From NCBI GenBank assembly GCA_905178155.1, contig CAJINV010000016.1, positions 1,021,386 to 1,085,385 on the forward strand: a stretch of 64,000 bases of DNA, in the 5' to 3' direction. The translations under genes were made by a program, and so were the position numbers. Of the stretch, positions 23,120-35,500 are shown piece by piece. The DNA is from Amoebophrya sp. A120. Its lineage: Eukaryota; Protista; Dinoflagellata. Every line of letters starts with the position of its first letter. Position 1 is the first letter of the stretch. Under the pieces are notes generated by a model, which ran no database searches, had not been told where the DNA came from, and worked only from the letters and a program-made list of their open reading frames with translations.

Positions 23120-24907
23120 ATGAACGCACGGGACGCCTCTGTTATACTCCCGCCACAGGGGGTAAACCCGCGCAACATGTACAAACCACCGCAGCCACAA
23201 ACGGCGCCTGCGCAAATTGTCCCAACAACGCGACAAGCGAGCGACACCGCCCTTACGAGGACCTTCACAACACTGCAGGCGGACCTGGAGGCGCAGGCCG
23301 TACAGACAAGCACACTGAGCACCCACGCGCAGCTACACGAGGCCCTGCGAAAATACATCAAGGCCACCTGGCCCAACTTTGGGGACAACGAGCCAGCAAA
23401 CCTCAAGCAAGTGGAGCTGTTCTGCCTCGACAAGGTACAAAAACAGGAACACAGGAGCGCGGATGTAATCTTCACCCAGCTCTTGCACTTCATGATCAAC
23501 CCGCCCCTCGATGAGGACGGACGGCAGCCGGTACTGCTCCAGAACGCCCCCGCATTTGCGCCCCTGGCATTCGAAAAAGCGAAGGAGAGAGTGCAGAAGG
23601 CATGTTCAGCCACGAAGTGCCCGGTCACCAAAGCCTACCCGCTGTCGCTCCACACATTGCGACAGGTGGCCTTTCCGGAACGGGCGGCGCTCATGCTGTG
23701 GTATCTAGTGGGGTGCAGATCAGCAAGCATCCAGGCCATCGAGCCTGGCGACGTCAAAATCCACACCGCGCCGGGCACAAGCGTACCCGTCAGGGTGAGC
23801 GTCTTCATCCGGTCGGATAAAGTCTGCACGGCAACATCGCGCACGGTGCTGATAGGGTGCAACTGCTTCGACGATCCCACATGCTGCCTGCTATGTGAGA
23901 AAGAACACCACGACGCAATCGACAAGCTCAAGGACAGCCACGGCAAAACCTGGCTTCCCCAACTAGCACACTACGGCCTGGGGATCACGGAGCATAGCGT
24001 GAGAAGAGCGCATGCCCTCGAAGCGAGGAGACGCATGCAAAGCGGCAGGCATTGCAACCTCGACCAGTTCCTCCGCGATAGGGGGTGGCAGCTTCGCTCC
24101 ACTTTCGCAGACTACGCGTGCGAACTCCAGGATTTCGTCCACATAAAGTTCCCGCCCATTGGCGCCACGTGGTGGCCGGCGGATCCACTGGACGACTCCA
24201 CCAGCTCAAAATCCATGGTCTTCAGAGACGTCAACAAAGTCACCAATATCACCCGCGCAGAGAACATTGGCACGCTGGCCACCGCCCCCTCCAACTGTCT
24301 CCCGGTGGCCCGCTCCGCCAAACAGACACGAGCCCACGGCGGCCGGTCGCCAAAGCCACCAACCCCGAAGGCAGTTCGAAAGGCAACCGAAGGCGAAAAG
24401 GTCAGCAAATACACCAACCTCGCACGGGGAAAGCCGGCGCTCACCAGTACACTCCGGCAAAACAAGGAGGGAAAGCTAGTCCCCACGCTGCCGACCGTGG
24501 TCAAGAAAAGCTGGGAGGAGCTGGCGGGCCACACCAAAGAGAAATACGTGTACCGACCCAACGACGCCCCAAAGGAGCACCGCGAGGAAGCCTGGGCAGA
24601 ACGGCAACGGCGAGGGGTCGGAACGGCGCAAGAACCTGCAAGGCGCAACAAAAACTACAAACCCTGGCACGATCTACCCCTCCCAGAGCGGGCAAAGCTG
24701 CGAGACGGGGCCGGCGCAAGACACCAGCCCCGCGAGAAGATCGAGTATTACCTACAGGACATAAATCGTGAACGGGTGGCAAACCACCGCGACACGATCT
24801 ACAGGCAGCACGCGGATAAGTCCGGCTTCTACCGAGACAAACCGGATGCAGGCGAGCTCGAGCAGCTACAAAAGGCGGAGACACAGCCCCCTGCGGGACC
24901 TGCGTGA
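23120..24907 (+). CDS. Tyrosine recombinase (DIRS-type YR) with basic C-terminal extension
   Basis: Catalytic motif order R (VGCRSAS), K (RSDK), HxxR (HSVRR), RGW, Y (STFADY). Confidence 0.88.
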   Translation: MNARDASVILPPQGVNPRNMYKPPQPQTAPAQIVPTTRQASDTALTRTFTTLQADLEAQAVQTSTLSTHAQLHEALRKYIKATWPNFGDNEPANLKQVELFCLDKVQKQEHRSADVIFTQLLHFMINPPLDEDGRQPVLLQNAPAFAPLAFEKAKERVQKACSATKCPVTKAYPLSLHTLRQVAFPERAALMLWYLVGCRSASIQAIEPGDVKIHTAPGTSVPVRVSVFIRSDKVCTATSRTVLIGCNCFDDPTCCLLCEKEHHDAIDKLKDSHGKTWLPQLAHYGLGITEHSVRRAHALEARRRMQSGRHCNLDQFLRDRGWQLRSTFADYACELQDFVHIKFPPIGATWWPADPLDDSTSSKSMVFRDVNKVTNITRAENIGTLATAPSNCLPVARSAKQTRAHGGRSPKPPTPKAVRKATEGEKVSKYTNLARGKPALTSTLRQNKEGKLVPTLPTVVKKSWEELAGHTKEKYVYRPNDAPKEHREEAWAERQRRGVGTAQEPARRNKNYKPWHDLPLPERAKLRDGAGARHQPREKIEYYLQDINRERVANHRDTIYRQHADKSGFYRDKPDAGELEQLQKAETQPPAGPA

Positions 24908-24988
24908 CGACCCGCCGGCGCGCAAGGCGTCCGAACCCTGCGAATGGGGGAACTCAGGGCGTGACGTCCACTATCGAATGGGGAAGAG

Positions 24989-25420
24989 AGCTGGCACCAT
25001 GCCGGCGGATCGAAAAAAGAGAAAATGATGAGCCCTTCTAGAATGTGAACTGCGAAAGCTGTAAGACAACGCAGGAAGGGCAGCTCCACTGAGCGAATCG
25101 TCATGAGGCGACACGAGCCGGCACCGCGGCGGAATGTGTTCGCGCTCCTCTAGAAAGAGCAGAGCTGAAGTTCCACTGAGATCACACGGATCTCACGCAA
25201 ACTGGTCCTAAAGCAATCTGCCATACTCCCGCGAGATCAAGGGGGCCCACGGCTCCAATCTCGGCGATCCTCCTGCCGCTAAGCTCTTAGTTCCGCCATC
25301 GATCAAGGTGGGCGCGAGTAAACCAAAACACTAACACGCTAAACACACAGACATCAACGAAACGCAGTCGATCCGTTAGTCGATCCATTTAGCAGAAGCT
25401 AGATCCTAATGTGTCCAAAC
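24989..25420 (+). repeat. Repeat B (partial, runs into N gap)
   Basis: Matches the start of 25814-26299 and 29208-29694. Confidence 0.9.
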
Positions 25421-25813
25421 NNNNNNNNNNNNNNNNNNNNNNNNNNNNNNNNNNNNNNNNNNNNNNNNNNNNNNNNNNNNNNNNNNNNNNNNNNNNNNNN
25501 NNNNNNNNNNNNNNNNNNNNNNNNNNNNNNNNNNNNNNNNNNNNNNNNNNNNNNNNNNNNNNNNNNNNNNNNNNNNNNNNNNNNNNNNNNNNNNNNNNNN
25601 NNNNNNNNNNNNNNNNNNNNNNNNNNNNNNNNNNNNNNNNNNNNNNNNNNNNNNNNNNNNNNNNNNNNNNNNNNNNNNNNNNNNNNNNNNNNNNNNNNNN
25701 NNNNNNNNNNNNNNNNNNNNNNNNNNNNNNNNNNNNNNNNNNNNNNNNNNNNNNNNNNNNNNNNNNNNNNNNNNNNNNNNNNNNNNNNNNNNNNNNNNNN
25801 NNNNNNNNNNNNN

Positions 25814-26299
25814 GCTGGCACCATGCCGGCGGATCGAAAAAAGAGAAAATGATGAGCCCTTCTAGAATGTGAACTGCGAAAGCTGTAAGACAACGCAGGA
25901 AGGGCAGCTCCACTGAGCGAATCGTCATGAGGCGACACGAGCCGGCACCGCGGCGGAATGTGTTCGCGCTCCTCTAGAAAGAGCAGAGCTGAAGTTCCAC
26001 TGAGATCACACGGATCTCACGCAAACTGGTCCTAAAGCAATCTGCCATACTCCCGCGAGATCAAGGGGGCCCACGGCTCCAATCTCGGCGATCCTCCTGC
26101 CGCTAAGCTCTTAGTTCCGCCATCGATCAAGGTGGGCGCGAGTAAACCAAAACACTAACACGCTAAACACACAGACATCAACGAAACGCAGTCGATCCGT
26201 TAGTCGATCCATTTAGCAGAAGCTAGATCCTAATGTGTCCAAACCAAAAGTAACAACGTCTGATCTAAAAATGATCTCAGGTACCGACCGACCGGGAGA
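25814..26299 (+). repeat. Repeat B1 (internal), abutting A2
   Basis: 486 bp near-identical to 29209-29694; ends gaccgaccgggaga. Confidence 0.95.
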
Positions 26300-26321
26300 G
26301 GCCAACCCGTCTCCTGGGCGG
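26288..26321. other. Putative YR recombination site at the internal B1/A2 (circle-type) junction
   Basis: ccgaccgggaga-ggccaacccg-tctcctgggcgg: 12-bp inverted arms (10/12 match) around a 10-bp spacer; the element ends meet at the arm/spacer boundary. Confidence 0.55.
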
Positions 26322-26467
26322 CAAGGTATGCTTGCTTTCTCCTGTAGTGTATTCACAAAAATGCTGTTTCAAAATAAATATCGTATCAAAATAAATACAG
26401 TGATCCAAATTTGTAATAGCTCTTTTGTGAACCGGACGTGCCCACCGCACTGCCCGCAGTTTTGTTT
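26300..26467 (+). repeat. Split direct repeat A2 (internal)
   Basis: 168 bp near-identical to 10062-10229; RT ATG follows at 26488. Confidence 0.95.
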
Positions 26468-26487
26468 CGCCCTTAGATGCCACACCC

Positions 26488-29247
26488 ATGAGCCCGAAAA
26501 AACTGGAAGACCTCACCGCCGCCGAAGCGGCGGCGCCAGACACAAGCCAACAGGCATCCATGCAGCGCACGGCCTGGGAGATGCTACACGTCACAAGAGA
26601 CTACGTGCGAGCGGCTCGAATGGCGAGTAGCGTCACAGTCCCGAGCGACACGGTCGCGAACATAAAGCAGATGAAGGCAAATCGGACAGCCTGGGTAGCC
26701 CGAGTCAAAACGGCCATAGCCAAAATCCGGAAAATCGGAAAAGACACAAGAAAAGAAAACGCCGAGCGACACAGCACAGCAGAGCCACACATACAACAGG
26801 CACTAGGATGGGGCGCCAACAAGCGCAACCTGGTCGCCCTTCAGCGGCTCATAGAATGGACACACCACAAGGACATAACCCTCCCAAGCCACTTACTCCG
26901 AGGGGTGCGCACGATTGGCAACGCAGACACGACGGGGGGAGTCTGGGACCTCGACCCCACAGTCACGGCCATCGACCCCCAAGACGTGCAAGACTTCCTC
27001 GATGCTGAGGCCACACTCCTCAAACTCCAGGACGACCTTCCGCTCACGTCCTCCTTCGCGCCGGAGGTACTCCGGAAGCTCCTACAGGGCTGCAGGGAAA
27101 TGGTGGAGAAAGGACTTTACAAGCCGATAGAAAGAAGAAACCTCAAAGCGCGGCCCAGCCCAGCCTTCCCAAAAGTCGAGCTAGAGAAGATCCGCCAGAT
27201 CATCGACTCTAGAGCGCAGAACGTGTGCAGTCGGCTAGTCGAGAAAGTGCAAATCAAAGGCACGCGCACGATCAACGAGATCCTAGAAGCCTTCATGAGG
27301 CCAATAGGGAGAGAGGACGCCCACGCCCTCCCTAGCAGCGTGTCAGCAAAGGAAACCTGGCGGGACACGGCCGAGACTCTGGCACAGGTAGCTGCGGAAA
27401 AGAGTACCACACTCCCAAGCCAGCCCGGCTCGGAACCGCGCCAGCTCGAGCGGGCCCACATCCTCGAAGAGGTGAAGCAATGGAACGCACAGCTAGCAGA
27501 CCACCAAGGGGGAGGGGTCATCCCAGAAATGGGCACGAAGGACTTCGAAAAGTACTACTACGCTTTCGGATGCCTCGACCCCAAGCTCAACGGCATCGCA
27601 TTCTTCGACCCCGACCAGCGGTCATGGCAGTGCGTCGAAAGCTACGTCCTCAACATGGGAAACACCCACTCGGTGCCAGGAGGTACATACATGACCCACA
27701 GGCACGCAACCGCCTCCCCGGGCGGGATAAAAGTACGGGCATGCGCAATTCGCGAAAACACGTAAGCCACGCCTCACAAATCAAACCTGACCTAAAAAAC
27801 AAAAACAGCCTGCCGCGTATCGGAAGCCATACGGACCATACACCAGGCGGGGGGTGGCGTGTCGAGTCTGTATATCGATGACGCTATGCTCTACGGCACC
27901 GACCGTGAGACGTTCAACCTCTGTCGGGACCTCTACCTTGCTGTCGTCGAAGCCCTAGGCATCCCGTTAAGCAAAAAAGCAGCGGGCAACCAAGCATCCT
28001 GCGACAACATCCCCGGAGGAACGCGCGACTTCGTGCGAGCACTAGGAATACGGTATGTGTGGATACGGGACCGGGCGGGCCGCCCCGCCCGACTCTTCTC
28101 CGTAGTGCCGCGCGACAAAGTAGCCTCCGCGCAGCGCGACTGCGACAAGATACTGGCGGCCCACAGCGAAAAGGGAGGTAGAATCCAGCAAAAGGACATC
28201 CAAAAACTCCTTGGCATGGCCCAGTACGTGATATGCAACACAAATCGAGCGGGGGCGGAATTCGTCCGCCATCTGTACCCATGGGCCTCGGATGACTACT
28301 TCCAGGCCAACATCACGTGTCGCAGTCTGCGCAAGGCACTCGCCACGGCCGTAACCACTCTGAGGGCGCTGATTGAGCATCTGCCTCCCTACGAGCACAT
28401 CTACCGAGTGCAGAGGGTTAACTTCCTGTATCTCGACGCTAGCGGCGCCAAAACCCCGGACGCCCCGTGCCTCGCGGACCGGGGGCCCAAGGAGCCGCCA
28501 CGACTTGGGGGCATACTAGTCACCGCCGACGGGAAAGTGAAGGCCTTTACATACCCCCTGCCGGAGGGGCACGAACTTGCCACGTGCGACATAATGACGC
28601 TGGAAACGCTGACGGTGCGACTAGCCCAGCACCTCTACAGCGAGGATATGCGCGGCGCGCTTTCCATGGTGTCCGTTGACAACGTGGTGGAGCTCTTCAC
28701 GCTCGTGAAGCTTAGCTCCCGGCAAAAAAGGGTGTGCAACGTAGCGAACCGCGTCGCCGTGAAAAACCAGGAACTCGGGGCCCGATGCTGGTACCGGTAC
28801 ACCAATACCGCCAGGAACCCGGCCGACGCCTTCAGCCGCAAGGACTACCTGCAGGCCGCGCTCAACTTTTGGCGCCCCGATGAGCTCGCGCACAAGAAAA
28901 ACCACCCAGAGGACCCGGATTTCCTGGCAAAGCAGGCCAAACCCATCGACCCGCACGAGATTTTTCCCGACCGCACAAAGCTACCCTTTGACCCGGTCAG
29001 AGACACAACGGCCCAGGCTGCAAGGCACCGCACCTGGAAGGAGCGCTCTCCAGCACTCACAGGCCAGAACATTCTGGACCTGCCTGACCGGGCATTGGAC
29101 ATGCTCACGATGAGCACACAAGAAGAAGCCACGGCCGCTCTCGGCAGTGGCGGGGCAAGCTCGCGCCTACCAGACGCCTCGCGCGTAAAACGCCCCAGCG
29201 TGCAGGAAGCTGGCACCATGCCGGCGGATCGAAAAAAGAGAAAATGA
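26488..29247 (+). CDS. Reverse transcriptase / RNase H (exons 26488-27682, 27809-29247; ~877 aa)
   Basis: RT motifs TKDFEKYY, VLNMGNTHSVP, LYIDD; RNase H motifs YLDASG, LETL, VDN, NPADAFSR; 126-bp GT..AAAAACAG intron 27683-27808 with an in-frame stop joins the two ORFs. Confidence 0.9.
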
Positions 29248-29694
29248 TGAGCCCTTCTAGAATGTGAACTGCGAAAGCTGTAAGACAACGCAGGAAGGGC
29301 AGCTCCACTGAGCGAATCGACATGAGGCGACACGAGCCGGCACCGCGGCGGAATGTGTTCGCGCTCCTCTAGAAAGAGCAGAGCTGAAGTTCCACTGAGA
29401 TCACACGGATCTCACGCAAACTGGTCCTAAAGCAATCTGCCATACTCCCGCGAGATCAAGGGGGCCCACGGCTCCAATCTCGGCGATCCTCCTGCCGCTA
29501 AGCTCTTAGTTCCGCCATCGATCAAGGTGGGCGCGAGTAAACCAAAACACTAACACGCTAAACACACAGACATCAACGAAACGCAGTCGATCCGTTAGTC
29601 GATCCATTTAGCAGAAGCTAGATCCTAATGTGTCCAAACCAAAAGTAACAACGTCTGATCTAAAAATGATCTCAGGTACCGACCGACCGGGAGA
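29208..29694 (+). repeat. Split direct repeat B2 (right terminus); overlaps last 13 codons of RT/RH
   Basis: 487 bp near-identical to B1; begins agctggcaccatgccggcggatcg (AGTMPADRKKRK*). Confidence 0.95.
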
Positions 29695-30480
29695 AATGAC
29701 CTCCAGCAGACAAGGGAAATGGAAATGGCCTCCAGCTTCGATCGAGCTGCAGAGGGAACGAATGAGAAGGCTGACCTTTATTTTGCCGATAGAACAAACG
29801 AGAAAACTCCAGACGCTGCGGCTTCCACTCTCGTAACGGCCCGTCCGGGAGGTTCAGCTTCTCGTTTGCAGGCCAGGAGTTGCACTACAAAAACTTCTTT
29901 TTCAGGCACAAGAACGCGGAGTCGGAGAAAGTATAACGACGCCAGCAACATCAAGAACTTCTTGAGTGGCACAGCAGCTGCGGATCGTCGTGCGTCTGCA
30001 TCGGCATTAAGTACAACTGCGGTGCTCGACAGCACCATTCCGGTAATGATTCCCGTGTCTGCTTGCAAAAGTCCGGCATTTCTTGTAGCAGGCAGGAGCA
30101 CCTCGACATCAACTTCGTCGTGCAGTAAATGCACATCAAGAACATCAGCGCAGGAAATGTTGAGCCGCATGCTGCAGCGCCTCTCGCCGGCCAAGCTGTC
30201 CCATCGAGTCGCGGCCGCTGCCGCCGCACCGTTCGTCGTAGACAGAAAAAAATCTTCTTCTTCTGCGTCGCTTGACGGTCGGAAAGAGACCACGGTGGCG
30301 GCGAGTGGTGCAGCTCCTGGCACTGCCGCAGGAGCGGCCTCGGGCGGTGGGATTGTGAGCCAGTCGCACAGTAGCAGCTCGTCCTTCTCTGCTTCGGCCA
30401 TCGAACGACAAGCGGAGCGAAACCGGGCGTTGGCACTTGCCTGGGCAAACCGGCGAAAAGAGGTATATCTGTGTACATAG
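29695..30480 (+). pseudogene. 3' part of host ORF interrupted by the retrotransposon
   Basis: In frame with 9606-10061 across the empty site; same Ser/Ala-rich composition. Confidence 0.7.
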
Positions 30481-32556
30481 AATTAGAAGATACTCATTGT
30501 CAGTTTTCACCCGATAAGCTTATTAAGCCGAAGATGCAAACTACTCGGTTCTTTATTCCTCAAAAAAATACCGCATGATATCGACGTACATCACGACTAC
30601 CTGTCACTTCTAGGCCTCTGTCGTCGCCTTGCAAGCCCGACAAACTACCTGCTTCGGCTACAGCGAGCGTGCGGTTTTCGGCCTCAATTTTGCACCGCAG
30701 GACCGGGTGAATAGAGGTACTGTAATTATGCCGTCGGGCATACTAGGGGCTGGAGCAGGTGCAACTACCAAACAGAAGATGAAGGAGGAGCAGTTGTGTA
30801 CAAAGTCGAAACCACCCCTACCCGACTGCTTTCGCCGCAGGGGAAAATTATCGCCGCGGGGCTACTAGTAGTTCCAAATTTTCGTAATTCTAGAGAATGT
30901 GATGTGGAGCAGCTGTTGAGCCAAGAATACCTCGACTCCATATTTATTGATCATAGTTCTTGCTCTTTCGTGCGTTGTCAACTACCCGGCGCAAGTTGTG
31001 CAAGCAAGCGCTGGTCAATGTGGCTTGCAATTTTGACATTTATATACCGGTTTTTTGATTTTATGTTTTTGTTCTTGAACTACAGCAACGTCGTGACAGC
31101 ACGACGAAGATTACTAGAATGCTACTTTTTGTTGTATGATTGCCAAGGTACTAGAGTCTCTGGTTTCAAGAATGAATTTACGTTGTACAATGAGACTCAG
31201 CTCCGTCGAGCAACAGTATAAACGACGAAGAAAATAAGAAACTGCAAGGCCAATTCTTGGTCCGGTGCTTTCTTCAGTCCGTCTGTTCTGAATAAAAGTA
31301 TCAGGGCTGGATGATCGCCCCTGGTCGTAGTCGACTCCGTCGAAAAGTAGAATTGAAAGGTAGTAGTTTCTGTTCAGACGTCCTCGGCACCAGTGGTGCC
31401 ACCATCTTCATGTTCATGAAGATCATGGTGGTCCACCATCTTGTTCATGAACCCAAATTGTTAAACTTGCTCGTCCTGGCAGCTTCGTCCGGTTTCTCGG
31501 TCTTCTTGCTACTTTCTAACTACTACTACCTAGGCAAGCAGAAAGCAGAAAGAGCTGGAGCTCTTCTTCATTAACATCGTCAATCGTATTTCTAATAGTA
31601 TTTCGCTTTCGGTTTACGTTTATTCCTTCAGCGTAAAGTCGGTCTAGTAAACGCCGCGTCCTCGTGCGTCGTCAACATCGAGAAAGAATGCTTTGCCGTA
31701 TAGAACAAACTACAAGTGCACTTCTGTTTGTCGTTTACTCAGATTTTGGAACAGTCCTCTGCCTCTGTCGTACCGTCCAACGTTCCAACTCATAAGAGTT
31801 ACTCGTCGGTTTACGTGAAAATCGTCCCACCTCCTCGTCCACATTCTTCTTCGTGCAATCTTGAGGTTTATGTCACTGAATTGACACGCGACCCACAAAA
31901 TAAACTAAGTGAACACGACACTATGCAAGAATGATTTATTTGATGATGATGGCTACTTTCTCGGGGATAAGATTTTACTAATTTCTTGATGTAAAAGCTG
32001 CAGGTTGTGTTTTACCTCCGGAATTGAAGACCCCAGCGCAACGGCCTCGACGACCCACTTTACCTTTAATTTTGCGACTCCCTCTTCTACACGATTTAAG
32101 TTTAACCCAATCTTGAACAAAATTAGCATGAAATCTTCAAAACCAGTATGACTCAAGAACGACCCAATCTTGAAAGTGCTTCTGGAAAATCACCACCCCG
32201 GGCCGCCGCTCGGCGAAACTCGAAAGAGATTATCAACAGACAAGAAGGTTTCATGCTGCAGCTTGAAAGATAAGAAATGCGAAAAATAAGTACGACCGCA
32301 CATGATCAGCAGCTACGAAGCCAAGGGCAGAAAGACGACGATGAAAATGACTGCGGCCCCAAGTTGCACTACCAGGCCGCTGCACGACCCGTGAACTGTA
32401 ACCCGAGACAAACCACCAGTGAATTGTAATTAAAAAACAACCACGACGAGCACCAGGAGCTTCTTTTCTGCGCCGTGCCACCTCCAGCAGCGCAAATAAG
32501 CTCATTTTTTTTCCTGCTTCATCCCGTCGGCGCTCCACCGTAGTTTCGCAAGGATC

Positions 32557-35500
32557 ATGTTGACCACACTGAGGGTTTCTGTGCTCTCGCACTCGCTCCA
32601 GCAAATTTTACTTGTGCATCAAGTAGCACTCGCGAGGACCAAGACGAGGACGACAAAAACTTCGCTATCCGGAGAAGATGCGGTCGTTGTGTTAGCACCG
32701 GATGATGATCTTAGTGCTGTTGAAGATGGAGGAAGGAGCAACAGTCCCCGCGATGAAGAAAGCCAAAATTATCACGAGGACCCCCGCCGTGGTCGGGCGG
32801 GGCCGACAACGACTGCTGCAACTTCTACCGCACCTCCGAGCCTGGTGGAGGTGGTCGGCGAGCAGGCGGAGGACAACGAAGCTAGGACTGCAGCTAGTAG
32901 TGCAGCTTCAACCAGCAGCGAGGCACATACAGAAGATGATCTTGTTGAAAATGATGATCACGATCGCGTTTATCTTCATTCCGGTCGACAAGATGAAATA
33001 GATTCTCTGGAGGACGAGCTCTCGTCGTCCACACCAGAAGCTGCTCCTGCAGACGCGCATCTTCAACTCCTGGTGCAGCTCGAGAGGACAAAACAGCATG
33101 CTGTTGTTCCGACATCACCTCCTCATCAGGAAAAGGACATCAATCCTGGTGAACATCAAGATCAAGATGGCAGCACAAGAACCGCAGGTGTAGCAGTAGC
33201 TACTGGTGGTCATGATCCTTCTACTCTTCCTCCGGCAAGAACATTGCGAAGTAGAACCATCAAGCGGCGCAACAAGCGGAAATTTTTGGGACGAGACGAG
33301 GAGGAGGAGGTTTATGTGCCCAGCACGCCGCGGCCCGAAGAGCAAGAGGCCTTCGATATCCAAGAAGAAAATTGTGTTAGTGTAGGTCTTTTGAGAAAAC
33401 AGCATCACAAATTTGTCTGCCGTGACAGGAAAAAGTTGTCATGCGCAGATACGACGGGAAAACACGTAGGAAACGAGTCTATCATGCCTTTGCAGCATGA
33501 CACGCGTAACTGTTTTGCATTTTCTGCATCACAGACTTACACTTACACAGTTTTTTTCTTTGATATTCGAACAACTGGAAGTACTAGAGGGCGGCGACGG
33601 AGCAGCTGCAGGTGGTGCTCCAGCTCCACGAAAACCTGAAACAAGCGCTCTCAGTCTCACCGCACGGGAGGCGGGAACTACGGGTAACAAGCAACGACGA
33701 ACAGAGCGCGAAGTAGATGGTGATCGTGATCCGAACCGAGGGACCAAGAACCAGCAGGACCGCGGTACTATTAGGTTTCGTCCGACGGCGCCTCGGCTGC
33801 TTGAAGTAGATGATCATCCAGATCCCGCACTACAGCGTTCTACTGACGAGGAACTTCTACCCGCCGGCGGCGCACTCTTACATGTCAAAGAACATCATCA
33901 TCAGACAGATGATGCTGTAGGTGCAGCTCGAAGAAGTATGATCTCGGTCAGTGCGGACGGCGAGCTCGCCGCAGAAGGCAAAAATGCTGTTGAAATAAAT
34001 GCGGGCGTGAACGACGAGGATCCTGATGCAGCAACTGTCATTCCTCCTCCTCCACCTCCTCCCGCAGTGGATCGTGTGCTTGCCCCCGCCCCAGGGCAGC
34101 TTGACGGAGACTTTCTGGAGCTGCAACAGCAACAGCAGCACGAGCAAAGGAGCAGCTCACGCCGTGGGCGCGAGGACCAGGAAGTAGATCCTCCTCAACG
34201 AAGTTCTCAAGCGGAGGTGGAACAGGTCGTTGATGCAGGTGACCGTCAAGCGGACAAGGTGCAGGTCGTGATGCGACACGACCCTTCTGAAGAGGACCAC
34301 GACCACCTCGGAGCAGGAGGTCGAGGTGTAGAAGATGCTCAGCACAACTTCTCCCCATCCCCTTTTTCTTGGCTCGCCACAACGGCCCAGCAGTACTACC
34401 TCGGCGGAACAGCATTTCTAGACATGATTTCGCCCGCTTCTGATACTTTTCATCTTCAAAACGGAGATGTTGAAAAAGAAGCATCTACTTCATCTTCCAA
34501 TGAGGAGAACAAGAACATCATCGGCCGTGCGACTACAGTGAAAAGTACACGACAAGAAAAAACGTTACCTTCAAGAAGTAGAAACACGCGGTCTTATCCG
34601 ACGAAATTTTTGCAGCGCACAGACGAAGCTGCAGAAGTAGCTGGTGGTGGTGGTGCCAGCAACTCCTACAGCTGGTCGCACCTCCAGCAGGCCGCGCCAT
34701 CTTCTCATGCTGAAGGAACACCGGAGCAGGAGGAGGAGCAGATGCAGATCGAACTACCTCCTTCCACGACGCTGGGGACCACCACCAGCACCTACGCAGA
34801 TTACGACTTTCTCATGCCAACGTCAGCGACGCCGCCATCTCCACCAGCAGCTTCATCGATCACCCGCCCTGCTGCACTAGTAGAAGTGGGAGGAGGTTCA
34901 CCTCGCTCTGGCAGTAGAAGTCCCCCTGGAGGTTCTCGTAAGAGCTCAGGGGACAGCAGTGCCGGCCGTACAGGTAGAGCTAGTGTCGAGGACGTTGTCG
35001 ACGACGCACTGGAAAATATCGTTGCCGACGTCCTGGAAAATAAGTCCTCGATCATCTCCACCGAGGAAGAAGCACGAAGCAGCGGACTTCTCCAGCGGAC
35101 GGCACAAGCGACGGAAACGGGAACAAAAATAAACGAATATAATGCACATGGTCAACAGTCGATTGATCCGCCGTCTGTCGCAAACATACACATACTAGAC
35201 GGTGCTGCAGCCAAGGCCAAGCTCGCTTCACTAGATGGATCAATAACATTCGATCCTGATGAAAAGAAGAAGATGGCAACATCTACATCTTCTCCGGAGG
35301 TTGGACTGTCGGGGATCACACGGTTCGCAAAGAGCGTCGACGACACGGCTCGCAACGCGTTGAAGACTGTCAGCGCTACTGTGAAACGTCATAATCCGTT
35401 GCAGTACTTTCACCGGAAGGCTAAGACACACGACAGTGACAGAAACGGAAGTACACCCAAGAACGTCGAGAATCCTCCTGAGCAAGAATGGGCGGCAACG

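Larger units (their letters stand above)
10062..29694 (+). mobile_element. Tyrosine-recombinase (DIRS-order, split-direct-repeat) retrotransposon with A1-gag-accessory-YR-B1A2-RT/RH-B2 layout
   Basis: YR, RT (YIDD) and RNase H ORFs; repeat A (168 bp) at 10062 and 26300; repeat B (~487 bp) at 24989/25814 and 29208; no TSD; empty site restores a host frame. Confidence 0.9.

Noticed and set aside
25070-25150. Hammerhead ribozyme in repeat B (ctgagcga...)
   Set aside because: Does not match the CUGANGA/GAAA core with supporting stems by eye; needs a covariance-model search
24989-26299. Apparent tandem duplication of repeat B (B-gap-B)
   Set aside because: The two copies look identical and directly flank an N gap, typical of overlapping contig ends; treated as one B1
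10062-29694. LTR retrotransposon interpretation
   Set aside because: No DDE integrase or protease motif, no TSD, left and right termini differ; a YR is present
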